Part shown: in pieces, positions 1-11,600 of the stretch
Layout: each line of letters opens with the position of its first letter
How positions within the stretch are numbered: the first letter of the stretch is position 1
Assembly (NCBI GenBank): GCA_964035575.1
Contig: OZ037844.1
Span: 62,001 to 126,000 of the forward strand
Source: Rhynchopus sp. YZ270_cl-10
Lineage: Eukaryota
Length of the DNA stretch: 64,000 bases
Reading direction: 5' to 3'
The notes under the pieces: generated by a model
Databases searched by the model: none
What the model saw: only the letters and a program-made list of their open reading frames with translations
Told to the model about the DNA's origin: nothing
Made by a program: the position numbers and the translations under genes

Positions 1-1405
1 AGAAGAAAAAATATCAGGACTTTGTTTTTGCTGTGTTGCAAAAATTTTCATGCCCTAAGAATCAGCAATATCGACTCTCTTGTGGATGGGGCATATACTT
101 CTCTGAACGTCTAATGTCCTGAGTGCCCCTCTACTGTCATTTTTCGGGTAGAATTTAAGAAATACCAAAACTGTCCTGTCAAAAGAGTGGTCGTGCTCAT
201 GCTAAGGGTAGGATGTTGAGTGTTCCGTACCGTAAGAGAACAACAAAAAAAGAAAGAATTTTCTGAAAGAAAAATAGGAATAAAAATGATCCCATTTTTT
301 TGTTTTGTGGAAAAAGAAAAGAAAGAAGAACGTTATTAACAGAGATATACCTAATCCTCTTGTCTTCGTATGATGGACACTGTCTCAAAGTAAAATAAAA
401 AACGTGAAAAATGAACAGAACTCACAACGGGCTCCGGTAAAAATAGAAACTTAACACTCATCACACAATAAAACCCATGGGAGAGGTTGTGGTGAAACGC
501 ACACACCTCGACCTGTTTGGTGAGGAGTGGCTCTCCTCTGCAGCGCTTCGTCCCTAGAACCGCAAAGTGTGTTCAAAGTGCGTTGTTTCTATTTCCTGCT
601 TCATTCCATGAGGTGACAAAAAAAAAGGAAAAATTGTTGGTTCTCTCTGTTGACCTCGGGGGGGAGGAAGGGGGCACACCTCTAAAATATGTTCAAATTC
701 ATGTGCATTCTGTCCAGAGAAAGCACTATGATTAGAACGACCACTCTCATTTTATTTCTCGAAGTTCGTGTTTCAAGACGCAGAACTTTTTTTTCGAGAA
801 AAAAAAACAAAAAAAGGAATGGAAAACAGAAAATTTGGAACACACAACATACACATCCCTTAACATTATTTTGGCTATATCGGCTTCACGAAAAGAACGA
901 AAAAGAGGAGCCAAAAGATCAGCATTTTTATTTCTCATTATTCATGCATTCAGGGCGAAAGAGGGGGCAAACCGAGCAAGGTACCCGATGGTGATACCCA
1001 AGCTAGATGGGGGTACACCCCCCCTCAGTATTTGACCTTTTGTGCACACATGGTTAAACAACTGCTGAAGCTTTTAACACAGTGTCAAAAATTATTTGAT
1101 ATACTTTCTTTTCTAAACGAAAAGAAGGTAAAGAGGGTGCGAAAAAATGTCAAAAAAAAAAACTTCTTCGCATTGCACTGTTAACATTCTTCACAAAATA
1201 AAAAAGGCAGAACACTGAACAGAACACAACATCAGTGCGTGGGGTGGGAAGAGACTCTATATTTTTTGACATGTTTTTTATTTTCAATTTTTGGGGATTT
1301 TTTGGGGAGTTCAAAAAACGGGGGCAGAGGCAGGGGGCAGAATTTTTTTTTTTTGAAAAAACAGAAGACGGATATTTTTTTTTTAATTTTGGAGGGGCGG
1401 AGACG

Positions 1406-1562
1406 CAGGTCCTAGCTTGATTTGTAGAATTTTTTTTTTGGAAATCCAAAAGTGGGTCTGCTAGTTCCTTTACTGTAGATTGCTTTCGCAAACCTTCTAC
1501 ACTTTCTCCAATTGCAGCTTTGTTATGACCCAGCTTATGTGATGACCCAAGCAAGTCCCCTG
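1406..1562. mobile_element. Degenerate short hAT-like MITE related to the element at 33921-36287
   Basis: Starts CAGGTCCTAGCTTG and ends CAAGCAAGTCCCCTG (compare CAGAGTCCTAGCTTG...CAAGCTAGGACCCTG). Contains subterminal TGACCCA motifs. Flanks GCGGAGACG and GTGGAGATG resemble a decayed TSD. Confidence 0.45.
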
Positions 1563-2070
1563 GTGGAGATGGCACGCACAACGAAAAAAAAGTGTACAGT
1601 AAGCGCTTGTAATTACATAAGTCACAAAAAAAAAGGCTTTTTTTTGCTCCAGCATATTTGGATTGGAAATTGTGGCCGTCCCTTACGTGCATACACATCT
1701 TGAAGAGAAGCTGAATGGCACAACCGCCTGCCAGCAACAGAGAACGCAGGCATTGAAAAATAAAAAAAGCCAAAAAAAAAAAATGAAACAAAATTCTCCA
1801 CGCACACAATCCAATGAGCGAAAACTTAACATGAGAGTACGATGAGAGGTGAAAAGAGCACCCAAATGAAGTAAAACAAAAATACGGAAACGATTACAGT
1901 GTACTAAAAATGAAACCCCCCCACGCAACTTTGCACAGTTTCCAGCAGAGTCTTGTGAACGATCTTTTGTGTGCTTTTGGTGGAACACAAAATGACCAAT
2001 TATTTCTTTAACAATAATGGGGTCGAACATAAAGTGACATTAGAGATTCATGTTTACAGTATTCCATATA

Positions 2071-2151
2071 CAGTAATCGTAAAAATTATCGACCGTAAAA
2101 AAGGTCGAACTTCCAGAAAACCCCTGAAAAGGTCGAACATTACGATTACGG
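2071..2151. mobile_element. 81-bp mini-MITE with TA target duplication
   Basis: TA-CAGTAATCGTAA...TTACGATTACGG-TA. The core CGACCGTAAAAAAGGTCGAACTTCCAGAAAA recurs at about 51945. Confidence 0.6.
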
Positions 2152-3701
2152 TATGTTTGCCGTCTAAAAAAGTCACCAAACTTATTTGGACGCCAAGTTA
2201 TTGTAAAAAAAGAAGAATACTGTATTCAAAATGCAGAATAGTCAAAAATAATACACAGAATTTGACGCAGTTTCTAATCATAAGTGAACAGCGCAAGGAT
2301 ACGCATGAAAGACAACTACTCTGGTGTAGCTGACGACCCCAGAATAGCAGAAAATAGCAGAAAATAGCACCCCCCCCCTTCAGCCACACCATAATCTGGA
2401 CAAAAAAGATAAACACAAATCCGCTTTAAGTCTTGCCACTTTGGCAAAAGATTCCCCCACTGGGGAAATCTTGAAGGATGGAAAAAAAAAGAGGTTTACC
2501 ACCTCTTTCAAGTTGCCGGTTCGAAAAAGAACAAAAATTATGAAATGTGTCTTAAAAAAGTAAAAACCCTCTCCCTATCGCATGAGATGATTGGCTGTGC
2601 AATATCTCCCCTTGAGTCAACCTGTCTCCATATCTCGGGGCATCTCCGCTTCTCCAAAACAGTTTAAAACTCAACTTCTGTTTTTTTGAAAAAATTTCCC
2701 TACAAAAAAGAAATGGAAGATGCATGTGCCTCTCGCGGACACACATCTCATAATAAATATCTACACCATGACAGACAGGACACAAAAAGCCCTTGCACAC
2801 TGCCACGCAAATGAGCTACAATACACTATACAAAACCTTTTGTTTTGTTTATTTTTAAATACCGTCTTTTGAAAAAAAAAATATGGACCAGAAAAATAGG
2901 TAATTATTCTGGTCCATGTTTTTTCGAAAGACGGTAATTTTACTTTTTGCATAAAAACATTACACCTCCTCCTCCCCCCCTTCAGCTTCAGCGCCCCCCC
3001 TCTAGGGACAGCGGTTCTCTATGTATTTTTTCTCGTCACCTCTTTTGGCTGAGATGATACTTCTTTGCAAACTTTTGATCTTTTTCGTAAACCCACACAG
3101 AGGAATCCGATCTAACGGCCTTTTGAATAGAAAAAAGGTGGACAGTACGGTGCTCAAAAAGCACGGTTCTTTCGAGAGACGAAAGACAAAAGAAGGAAAA
3201 AAAAGGGGAATAAAAGCTGTTTGGATGACCCTAAGTTTCTGTTTTGCCCTAGGAGAACGCCATTTTTTTTTTTGCCTCTTTTTTATTTGGTCTAAATCGT
3301 GTGTTTTTTTTAGTATTTCACTGTTTTTCTTCTCCATTTTTTGTTTCTTTTTTGTTTCCCCTCCCCCTTATCGGAAGTTTCCCTCCCCCGCTTTGCTTTT
3401 AAAAATTTAAAGTGAATGATAATAGTCTTAGAATCGGGCTAATTTCTCAAAAAAAAAACTCCGGCACAGAGTCGGCCGTCCCTTTTGGGTAAAAAAAAAA
3501 GCGAGCCAGCCCTCCTCTTTGACGTATTGCACCACCCATGACAAATAATTCTAACCATTTCCATTTTACCTTACAGTAATTTTTTTTGAAAAATTCTTGG
3601 AATAGTGTAGTTTGCCTCAGTTGTGTTGCCACAGTTTTTGTGCAATCTACATCCTAACATTTCCATTATTTTTTACCCCCCTTTTTGTTTCTCCCCTCTC
3701 T

Positions 3702-4916
3702 TTAGACCATACTCGCCACCTCCTTCGAGAATGCACTAGTATCCTGCTGTGGTTGGGACCGATGTTCTGAATACGACAGTGGGATGCCTTCCGTGGCCTT
3801 GAGAGGCCCCTGCCCACTGCTTGGGTTGATCTGTCCTATGGAAAGCGTGGAGAGTGGCGACATAGGCACATTTGCGGGGGAGAACATGGCAGGGGAGGAG
3901 AGGCTGGGTGCACCGGCACTGCCTCCGTTGACTTTGGTTGTCTGCGGGATGTGGAGCGAGGTGACCGGCATCTTGTTTGTCTTGCCGACGTAGACCTCTT
4001 TGTTGGCTGCAATCAAATAATCGTTTTCGAATGCGGTTTCGTCATCCTTAGGGTCCGCAGGAGGGAGCTGCTTGGGGATGCGGATAGCGCTGTTGTCTGG
4101 CACCGCCACCTGCGCCATCTGCTGCTCGATGTGACGTACGCTGGCAAACCTCTGACTCTCCGACGCACCGTCTGGTTGCACCATGGGCGCACCTGAGACG
4201 ACATCAACCACAGTACCGACCACCCAGTTGGGTGTGCCGTCGTGTTGTACCTCCACCCGATCACCTCGTTTGTAAGAAGAAGGGATGGCGGCATCCCCAA
4301 ACGCAGTTTCGCGTGACTTTTGCGGAGTAGGTGAGTCATCATCGTCGCTGTCGTCGCCACCACCACCGCCCCCAGAAGGGCGCATCACAATCGTGATGAC
4401 GATAAGCAACGAGAGACAGAGGCAACACATGCTGGCAAGCCCGATGAGGAGCCAACCCCAGGCAGGCACGCCGGCCCATTTGTCGTCGTCGTCGTCATCG
4501 GCAGGTGGGCAGCAGAGGATGCGGTAGATAGGGACCGGGGGTGACGCGGTGTCGGGTGCGTCCGTCTCGTTCGTCGCGTTTGCGAAGGTTTCGTTCAAAC
4601 TGAAGGTAAACAACTCTGACACATCACCGTTGCCGTCCTCCCCTCCAGTGATGCCCTCCAGAAGCGCTGCCAACTCCGACAGCGATTGGTTCAGATCCGA
4701 GCTGTTTGCCTCTACCTGAGGCACCGAAGTCTCCAGCACAGGGTCGCACAGACACCCCACAGGGGGCTCAGGGACTATGATGGTCTGTGTCTGGGTCGGG
4801 GTGGTGATGTTCGTTTCGTTGGTCTCGCTGAGCGTCAACGTAAAGCTAAACTCATCCTGGCCTAGCACACCTGAAGTGCAGAGCAGCACGACCAGGGCTG
4901 TGGAGAAGTGCAACAT
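3702..4916 (-). CDS. Type-I membrane protein (signal peptide, acidic/Thr-rich ectodomain, one TM helix, cytosolic Tudor/SH3-like barrel), about 404 aa
   Basis: ATG at 4916 begins MLHFSTALVVLLCTSGVLG. TM segment WGWLLIGLASMCCLCLSLLIVITIVM. Motif YKRGDRVEVQHDGTPNWVVGTVVDV. The upstream ORF extension runs through a MITE. Confidence 0.8.
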   Translation of the reverse strand: MLHFSTALVVLLCTSGVLGQDEFSFTLTLSETNETNITTPTQTQTIIVPEPPVGCLCDPVLETSVPQVEANSSDLNQSLSELAALLEGITGGEDGNGDVSELFTFSLNETFANATNETDAPDTASPPVPIYRILCCPPADDDDDDKWAGVPAWGWLLIGLASMCCLCLSLLIVITIVMRPSGGGGGGDDSDDDDSPTPQKSRETAFGDAAIPSSYKRGDRVEVQHDGTPNWVVGTVVDVVSGAPMVQPDGASESQRFASVRHIEQQMAQVAVPDNSAIRIPKQLPPADPKDDETAFENDYLIAANKEVYVGKTNKMPVTSLHIPQTTKVNGGSAGAPSLSSPAMFSPANVPMSPLSTLSIGQINPSSGQGPLKATEGIPLSYSEHRSQPQQDTSAFSKEVASMV

Positions 4917-5122
4917 ATTTTTTTTTTGACAAACTACTTCACCAGGAGAGGAGAGAGTTGAGAGTTGAGAGTGATCTGCTTCTGCTCTTTGGAATTGCCT
5001 GACCTCTGTTCCCCCCCTGGTGGAACAGTTTACAAGAAAAAGAGGGAGAGCGTGGTTGGGGATTGCTGTGGTGGTGGGTTGGTGGAGGGATGGGCCAGAG
5101 GGGTTATGAGATAAATGTATTA

Positions 5123-5390
5123 CCGACCCTCCCCCGTGAAATTGTCCCCCCCTCCGACCCCCTTGAAATTGTCCCCCCTGGGGGAAAAAGTGAGGGGGGG
5201 ACAATATCACGTACGGCAAAAAGGGGGGACAATTTCTCGTACTGTAGGGGGGTGGCCGTTTTGGTGTGAAGAAGGGAGAGCAAAGGTTGTCCCTGCGACT
5301 CCCTTGAAATTGTCCCCCCCTGCCTTGAAATTGTCCGTCGGGGCAAAATACCGGTTTTTGGGGGGGGGCAATTTCACGGGGGAGGGTCGG
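5123..5390. mobile_element. 268-bp MITE with Tc1/mariner-like TA TSD
   Basis: Perfect TIR CCGACCCTCCCCCGTGAAATTG / CAATTTCACGGGGGAGGGTCGG flanked by TA at 5121-5122 and 5391-5392. Internal repeats GAAATTGTCCCCCC occur in both orientations. Confidence 0.85.
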
Positions 5391-5953
5391 TATCAAAAAA
5401 ATGGAAGAACACACTGTAGAAAATGAATGGTTTAAATGGTCGAAAGTCCACATTTGTACGTTTTTTGCTGTCACACATAGGAATGAATAAGTCAAAAAAG
5501 TGGGGGTCTTTTGTTTGTGCGATCAAAGTCAGTAGTACGGTAGTAAGTCAAACAAAATACCCCCTTTTTGTTTATTTTGCCGTTTGTTTTGTTGATCTCA
5601 TCCAACCCAGAGTGAACTTCCAACAACACATCAGATACAAAAAAGAACTTTGTGTAACGATTTCTCCGTTTCAACCCCAAGGAGGCTATGCCCCCTACAC
5701 ACACACCAATGGGGCCAATATTCTGCGCAAGACTTACCCCCTATTTAGTTCTCAAACACCTACACACCCCTCCCCCATTTCCCTACACAACGCGTGCCCA
5801 GTAACACACGAAGTCCTCTACCTACCTACCCACTCCACTCTCTTATATTTTTCGTTGCATCCATTGTTTTTTTTCATAAATACCGCAAAAAAATCGCATT
5901 TGCCCTTCAGGATAAGGTAAGCATTGAAACTGTCTATCCTTATCTCTCTTCTT

Positions 5954-8107
5954 TCAAGCATCTAGGTCTGGTACAAAGGCGTCCTCCTCCGCTTCCTCGT
6001 CTGATGCGTCGGCCTCCAAAATGTCAGCAGGAAGCGGCGCTGATGTGTCGATGAAGTCAAGAAAGTCTTCTTCTGTTGTTTCCTCAGGACCACCACCACC
6101 ACCACTACCACCACCCACATCGTCTCCGTCTGCCACAAGATTGAGGTTCCCTCTCCCACCCCCAGCGATGTAGGCGTCATGCGCAGTCACCTGGTCTTGC
6201 GTCGGTTTCGTGTCCGCTTCATCTAGAAGCAAGCTCTGGTGTCTGAAGATACGTCCCAAAGGGGTGTCCCTCCCTTCCATCTTCGCGGAGACGTATTTAA
6301 GGAGGGGGTCCTCCTTGAGTGCCAGCCGCCGTTCACCTGCCCAGAGTTGTTCGTGCTCCATGTTGTCCCAATCTGCGTCGGCATCTTCGGGGTTTCCAAA
6401 TAGGGCAGAATTTTTTAAGAGGTGTCCGTTGATGTGAGCGCGGGAGGGGGCGGCAGCATCGACGACTTTCTTGCCAAGCCATTCTTTTGAGACGCAGGCT
6501 TGGTAGACGGCGGCTTCGGGCATTTTGGTGGTGATGAGGCGGTAGATGCGTACACGATGTGCAAGGCCGTATCGGTAGCATCGGAACACAGCCTGTTGAT
6601 CGACTGCAGGGTTGAATGCAACGTCGAAGAGTACGGCACGGTGTGCCGCATTGAGATTGATCCCCATCCCCCCAGCGGTCGTACTAATCAAAAACAGTGC
6701 CGCCCCTGGAGTGTTTTGGAAGGCATCTATCGCAGTCTTTCTCTTTGCCTGCGCCATGTCACCAGTTAAACTCCATTTGTTCATACGCGGTGAAATAATC
6801 GTCGCAAACCTCATAATCAAATCCAAAGACATCGTCCACTGCGAAAACACCAACAGCTTCTCACCATGGCGCACACAGTACTCTATCATGTGGAGCAAGG
6901 CAGTCATCTTGGGTGACCGTGACAACAGCATGGTACGATACGTCGGTGCGTTGATGAGAACCCCCTCTGCCCATGAAAGCTCAGAAGACCATCCGTTGTC
7001 TGCTGTGGGCCGGTCACCTCTGAGCACTTCTTCGAGGGTTTCTTTGAGGAGATCTGGGTGAGCAGAGATCTTGTTGAGGACGTGAGTATAGAGGAGTGTG
7101 TTGTGTCCACCACGCACCATGACACTGCGACGCATATACCACGAACGGAACCGTTTGTGCATGCCCAGTTGAAACTCGCTCTGCGGGCATACTACAACGT
7201 ACTCATCCTTCTGTGGCAGCTCTTCCACCAAAATCGATTGGTCTCTTCTGTGCACAAACTCCGCAATCTCGCGTTGTAGGATAAATGAACGCCGTTTCAT
7301 ATGCATTGCAGCAAGCCTTGTACAAGAGGCCACCTGGCCCCTTTGGATTGGAATCTGAAAGTACGACACGAATTCGCGTCGCGGGAAGTGCCCTGGTCGC
7401 ACAAATTCGATCATGCCCCAGAGCTCTTCAAGGCAGTTCTGCATTGGGGTGCCGGTGAGCATGACGCGAAGTTTTGTTCCGATGGCGTTGAGGCTGGCGG
7501 CGATGCCGGAGGATTGGTTGCGTATGGTATGGCCTTCGTCGCAGACAACGACCTCGGGTCCAGGGTTCTGTAGAAGTTCGAGAATCCGTTCGTGGCTGAG
7601 CTTCTGCATGGAGGAAGGCGCGGCCCTGCGTTTGTACGCACCAACGGTGGATCCGTACAGCTCGTACGACATCATCAGAACGCCGCCTTTTTTGCCCCAT
7701 TTTTCGAGTTTGTCGCAGCGAGAGGACCAGCTGTCGTCGCCAACGATGGTCGGTGTGAGTGTTGCAAACCCTGCTCGCTTTGACCACAGAGGGAACTCCG
7801 TGGCCCACCCAGGCAGCGTGCTCTTGGGGGTGACGAGGAGAACCGTTTTGGTGCCGCAGTGCTTCATCATGAGGGCGATGAGGAGGATCGTCTGCGCAGA
7901 CTTCCCTAGCCCCATGGAGTGTGCGAGCATGCAGCCGCGTGCCTGCACGGCCACGTGGTGCCACATGAAGCGGATGCCCTGCACCTGATGGTCCTTCAGT
8001 GCCGCAGCCATCGTCTCGGTCAACACCACACCAGACGGCTCATCGATTATGTGCGCTGCAACATCGTCGATCAGGCGCGACTCCACTCTCTTCCGTTTTT
8101 TGCTCAT
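5954..8107 (-). CDS. SNF2-family ATPase, ATRX/ARIP4-like, 717 aa
   Basis: Motifs LKDHQVQGIRFMW, GCMLAHSMGLGKS, VVCDEGH, LTGTPMQN, KLLVFSQW, GGMGINL, FNPAVDQQAVFRCYRYG. Confidence 0.93.
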   Translation of the reverse strand: MSKKRKRVESRLIDDVAAHIIDEPSGVVLTETMAAALKDHQVQGIRFMWHHVAVQARGCMLAHSMGLGKSAQTILLIALMMKHCGTKTVLLVTPKSTLPGWATEFPLWSKRAGFATLTPTIVGDDSWSSRCDKLEKWGKKGGVLMMSYELYGSTVGAYKRRAAPSSMQKLSHERILELLQNPGPEVVVCDEGHTIRNQSSGIAASLNAIGTKLRVMLTGTPMQNCLEELWGMIEFVRPGHFPRREFVSYFQIPIQRGQVASCTRLAAMHMKRRSFILQREIAEFVHRRDQSILVEELPQKDEYVVVCPQSEFQLGMHKRFRSWYMRRSVMVRGGHNTLLYTHVLNKISAHPDLLKETLEEVLRGDRPTADNGWSSELSWAEGVLINAPTYRTMLLSRSPKMTALLHMIEYCVRHGEKLLVFSQWTMSLDLIMRFATIISPRMNKWSLTGDMAQAKRKTAIDAFQNTPGAALFLISTTAGGMGINLNAAHRAVLFDVAFNPAVDQQAVFRCYRYGLAHRVRIYRLITTKMPEAAVYQACVSKEWLGKKVVDAAAPSRAHINGHLLKNSALFGNPEDADADWDNMEHEQLWAGERRLALKEDPLLKYVSAKMEGRDTPLGRIFRHQSLLLDEADTKPTQDQVTAHDAYIAGGGRGNLNLVADGDDVGGGSGGGGGPEETTEEDFLDFIDTSAPLPADILEADASDEEAEEDAFVPDLDA

Positions 8108-8653
8108 TTTCTTTGGTGTACCTTTCTAGGTGAAGAGAAGAAGGGGGGAGAGGGAAAAATACTAAAGTTGAAAAATACAAAAGCCCCCTCGCGGGGCAGT
8201 GTGCCTTGGTTTGGAATGTGTGTGGGGTTTCGAAACAGAAAGAGCCCCAAACCCCAAGGGAAGAGCAAAGGAAATGAATAGTGTACAGATGTGGAAGTGG
8301 CAGTGTGTGACACTCCAAAAACCAAGTGGTCAAAGGACAATGCATACATGGTGGTGAAAACACCCGCAACAAGCGAGTCTGCAGGTGTTATGTTCACTCG
8401 AAATCTAACATAAACATCCACAAAACGAACAGAATACGTGTAATCGCAACACATCTTGGAAAAGACGTGTGAATATGAACAGACAGCACACTTAGCGCAC
8501 TGGCAGTGTAACACCTCGACAAGCCGCTCTTCTGTCCTCGCATAACGCACCCGCAGTGGCATGAGGCAGTGTCAACACCATTCGTCCTCGTCACTCAGAC
8601 TGCATTCGTCTTGGAAAAGAGGCAAACACAAAGAGCAAGTACGAACAGTGCGC

Positions 8654-11600
8654 TCACTTATCGACAGCACAAAGAATCCGTCTCGCAAGTTCAGGTTCCA
8701 CAGCATCAGCATTGCGACAGCCAAATGCACGAGGAACTGTTGCAGGGACACCGATCACTCTCTTCAGCCGCAACCCATCAATCGTGCCGTCTTCCCCAGT
8801 GCAGATGGTCCACACACGCACAGTGCTGTCACCGCAACTACAGATCACTTCGCGTCCATCAGGGCTTACAGCAACGCTGTACAAATAATGAGGTGCCATG
8901 ATCATTGCCACCTTCTCACCAGTGGTCATACTCCACACAGTCAAAGAACGTTCAGGGGACGACACCACGTGAGCTCCATCAGGTGTCAGTGCTACTGAGC
9001 ACACTGAGCACACGGAACGATCATGCTCCAAGGTGAAGACCTCCTTCCCGCTGGCAACATCCCACACACGCACAGTATTGTCTTGAGAGCATGAAACAAA
9101 ACGAGATCCATCGCGAGCCATGTCCACGTCAGTCACATCTTGAGTATGTCCTTCGAACACCATCTCCTCTCCAGTGTCAAGATTCAACAGAGATACGTCG
9201 TTACCCCAACTGCATAAAAGTAACCCACCAGGAGCCACTACCCCTCCGTTGGGACACCGATCACCAGTAGTTCCTGCATGAACTGACGCCTTATTCCAGG
9301 TCGGCCTGCGCCATACATACGTACGGTAAAAGCAACTTTTGTTTTCTTCCTCCGTAAGGCTTGAAGAATCTAAAAGGTCTGAAGACTTTGAGCATGTCAC
9401 CACGTGAGATGCATCGGGAGATACGGCGAAGAATAACAGTTCTCGACACTGTTTCAAGAACACCGCAAACTCACTGGAATCTGTGCACAAAGGCTGCACT
9501 TTCCCCGTCGCAACCTCCCACACATACGCTCTCCTTTCGCCAGCGTCGTCGCAAGAGCAATAAACTACGTGAGAGCCATCTGGGGACACGGCAACAGCAT
9601 CGCAATGTGAAGTTATTCCTTCTTCAACCACCTGTGTCTGCCTGCCGGTGGATGCGTTCCAGATGGAGGGCCACTTGCCACCGTACGAAATGATAGATCC
9701 ATCAGGGGCCACTGACACACACCCGCCTGAGACTCCTTCGAAACCTGGTGCCTCCTTCCCGGTCGTGATGTTCCACACTCGAACAGTGCCGTCGGTAGAG
9801 CATGAAACCACCTGGCATCCATCTGGTGACACTGCCACTGTACTCACGGGACGAGTATGTCCTTGCAACACCGTCACCTCCTTCCCAGTCGAAATGCTCC
9901 AAACGTGCACATTGCCGCTCACGGAGCCAGCAACCACGTGACATCCATCGGGAGTGACTGCTACTGCTTGCAACTGAGCTTCGGCATGGAGCACCATCAC
10001 CTCTGCCCCAGTGGAGAGGTTCCAAACATGTGCGCCATCAGAGCACGAAACAACATGGCATCCATCGGGAGTGACTGCCAGTGCATGCGATACTCTGTTG
10101 TAGATAGACTTCACACAACAAGGCCACTGCATCTCCTGCTTCCCCGTCACCAGATCCCATACGCACAGCGTCTTCAGAGAGCATGTCACTATTTGACTTC
10201 CATCCTTCGTAATAACCATGCTGAGAATGCCAGGCGCCTTTATTGCCAGCACTTCCATCCCCGTCGAGAGATCCCACACACGGATGCCGTCTTCACGAGA
10301 AGTTGAAACAAATTTAGAACTGTCGGGAGTGACTGCCAGTGCATGCGATACTCTGTTGTAGATAGACTTCACACAACAAGGCCACTGCATCTCCTGCTTC
10401 CCCGTCACCAGATCCCATACGCACAGCGTCTTCAGAGAGCATGTCACTATTTGACTTCCATCCTTCGTAATAACCATGCTGAGAATGCCAGGCGCCTTTA
10501 TTGCCAGCACTTCCATCCCCGTCGAGAGATCCCACACACGGATGCCGTCTTCACGAGAAGTTGAAACAAATTTAGAACTGTCGGGAGTGACTGCTACATT
10601 CTCCACCCAACCTTCATCGCCTTTGCTGATATTCAAGACGAACACTGCCCTTCTAGTGTGCATATCCCACACACGCACAGTTTTGTCATCAGAGCACGAA
10701 ACCACGCGGGTTCCGTCAGGTGTTACTGCCACTCTAGTGATGCAGTTCGAATGTCCTTTCAAGACCATCACTTCTTCCCCAGAAGACATGCTCCACACAT
10801 GTACTCTCCCGTCCTTTCCACCTGTTACCATTTGACTGCCATCAGGTGTCATTGCCACATTATGGGCACGATACTGCAGGACAGGAAGTGGTGTGCCAAG
10901 GGAGCAGTCAGGCAGCATCGTGCCACCCATGTTGCAGGTGTGGAACTCAGTGTGCTCCAGCCAGCAGTTCGAGAAGGAAGCGCCCGTCAGCACCGTCTCC
11001 ACAAACAAAGACCCGCGCAGGTCGCAGTTCGACACACAGATCCCTCTCAGGCTCTCCCCACTTACAGGGATGCGTGCACGTGCCAGCAGTGCTGCTGCAT
11101 TCGACCCTGCTGTCACAGCACCGTCCCCACTATCACCTGCACTGCCGCGTGTCGCCTTCACAGCCGCAAGCAGCTCTGTGCAGGCACCTTCGTACAGCAC
11201 ACTGTCTCCACACACCAGCGCCGCAAAGAACCCAAGCACACGCTGCGAGTCCTTGCTGAAGCTCCGCTGCACCAGCGTCCCCAGTGTCCTTGCTGGATCA
11301 CGAGCAAGCCGCCGTGCTGCAAGGTGCTCCCCAAGCGACTTGTGCCGGAACGTGAACGCACTCCGCTCCTCCCCAAAGTCCTCAATCCGGAACGGCAGGC
11401 AGCGGAAGCACGCATCCCGCACAGCCTCACACACACCGTGCTGCGACACAAGAACCTCCGACGCCACACCCACAGTCCCCTGCCACTCGTTTGTCTCCAG
11501 CATCCTGCATGCGACAAGCTCCCCTGCACGCATCACATCCTCCAAAGACACATCCGAAACAGCATCAGCATCAGCAACAGCAACTCCACCAGACGCCATC

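Noticed and set aside
4917..5495. N-terminal extensions of the predicted ORFs (also at 20019, 22705, 55310, 57353)
   Set aside because: They are low-complexity or non-ATG extensions through UTR or MITE sequence. Downstream ATGs give better starts.
5954..8107. JBP2 (base J) assignment
   Set aside because: The ATPase begins about 35 aa from the start, leaving no room for the thymidine hydroxylase domain.
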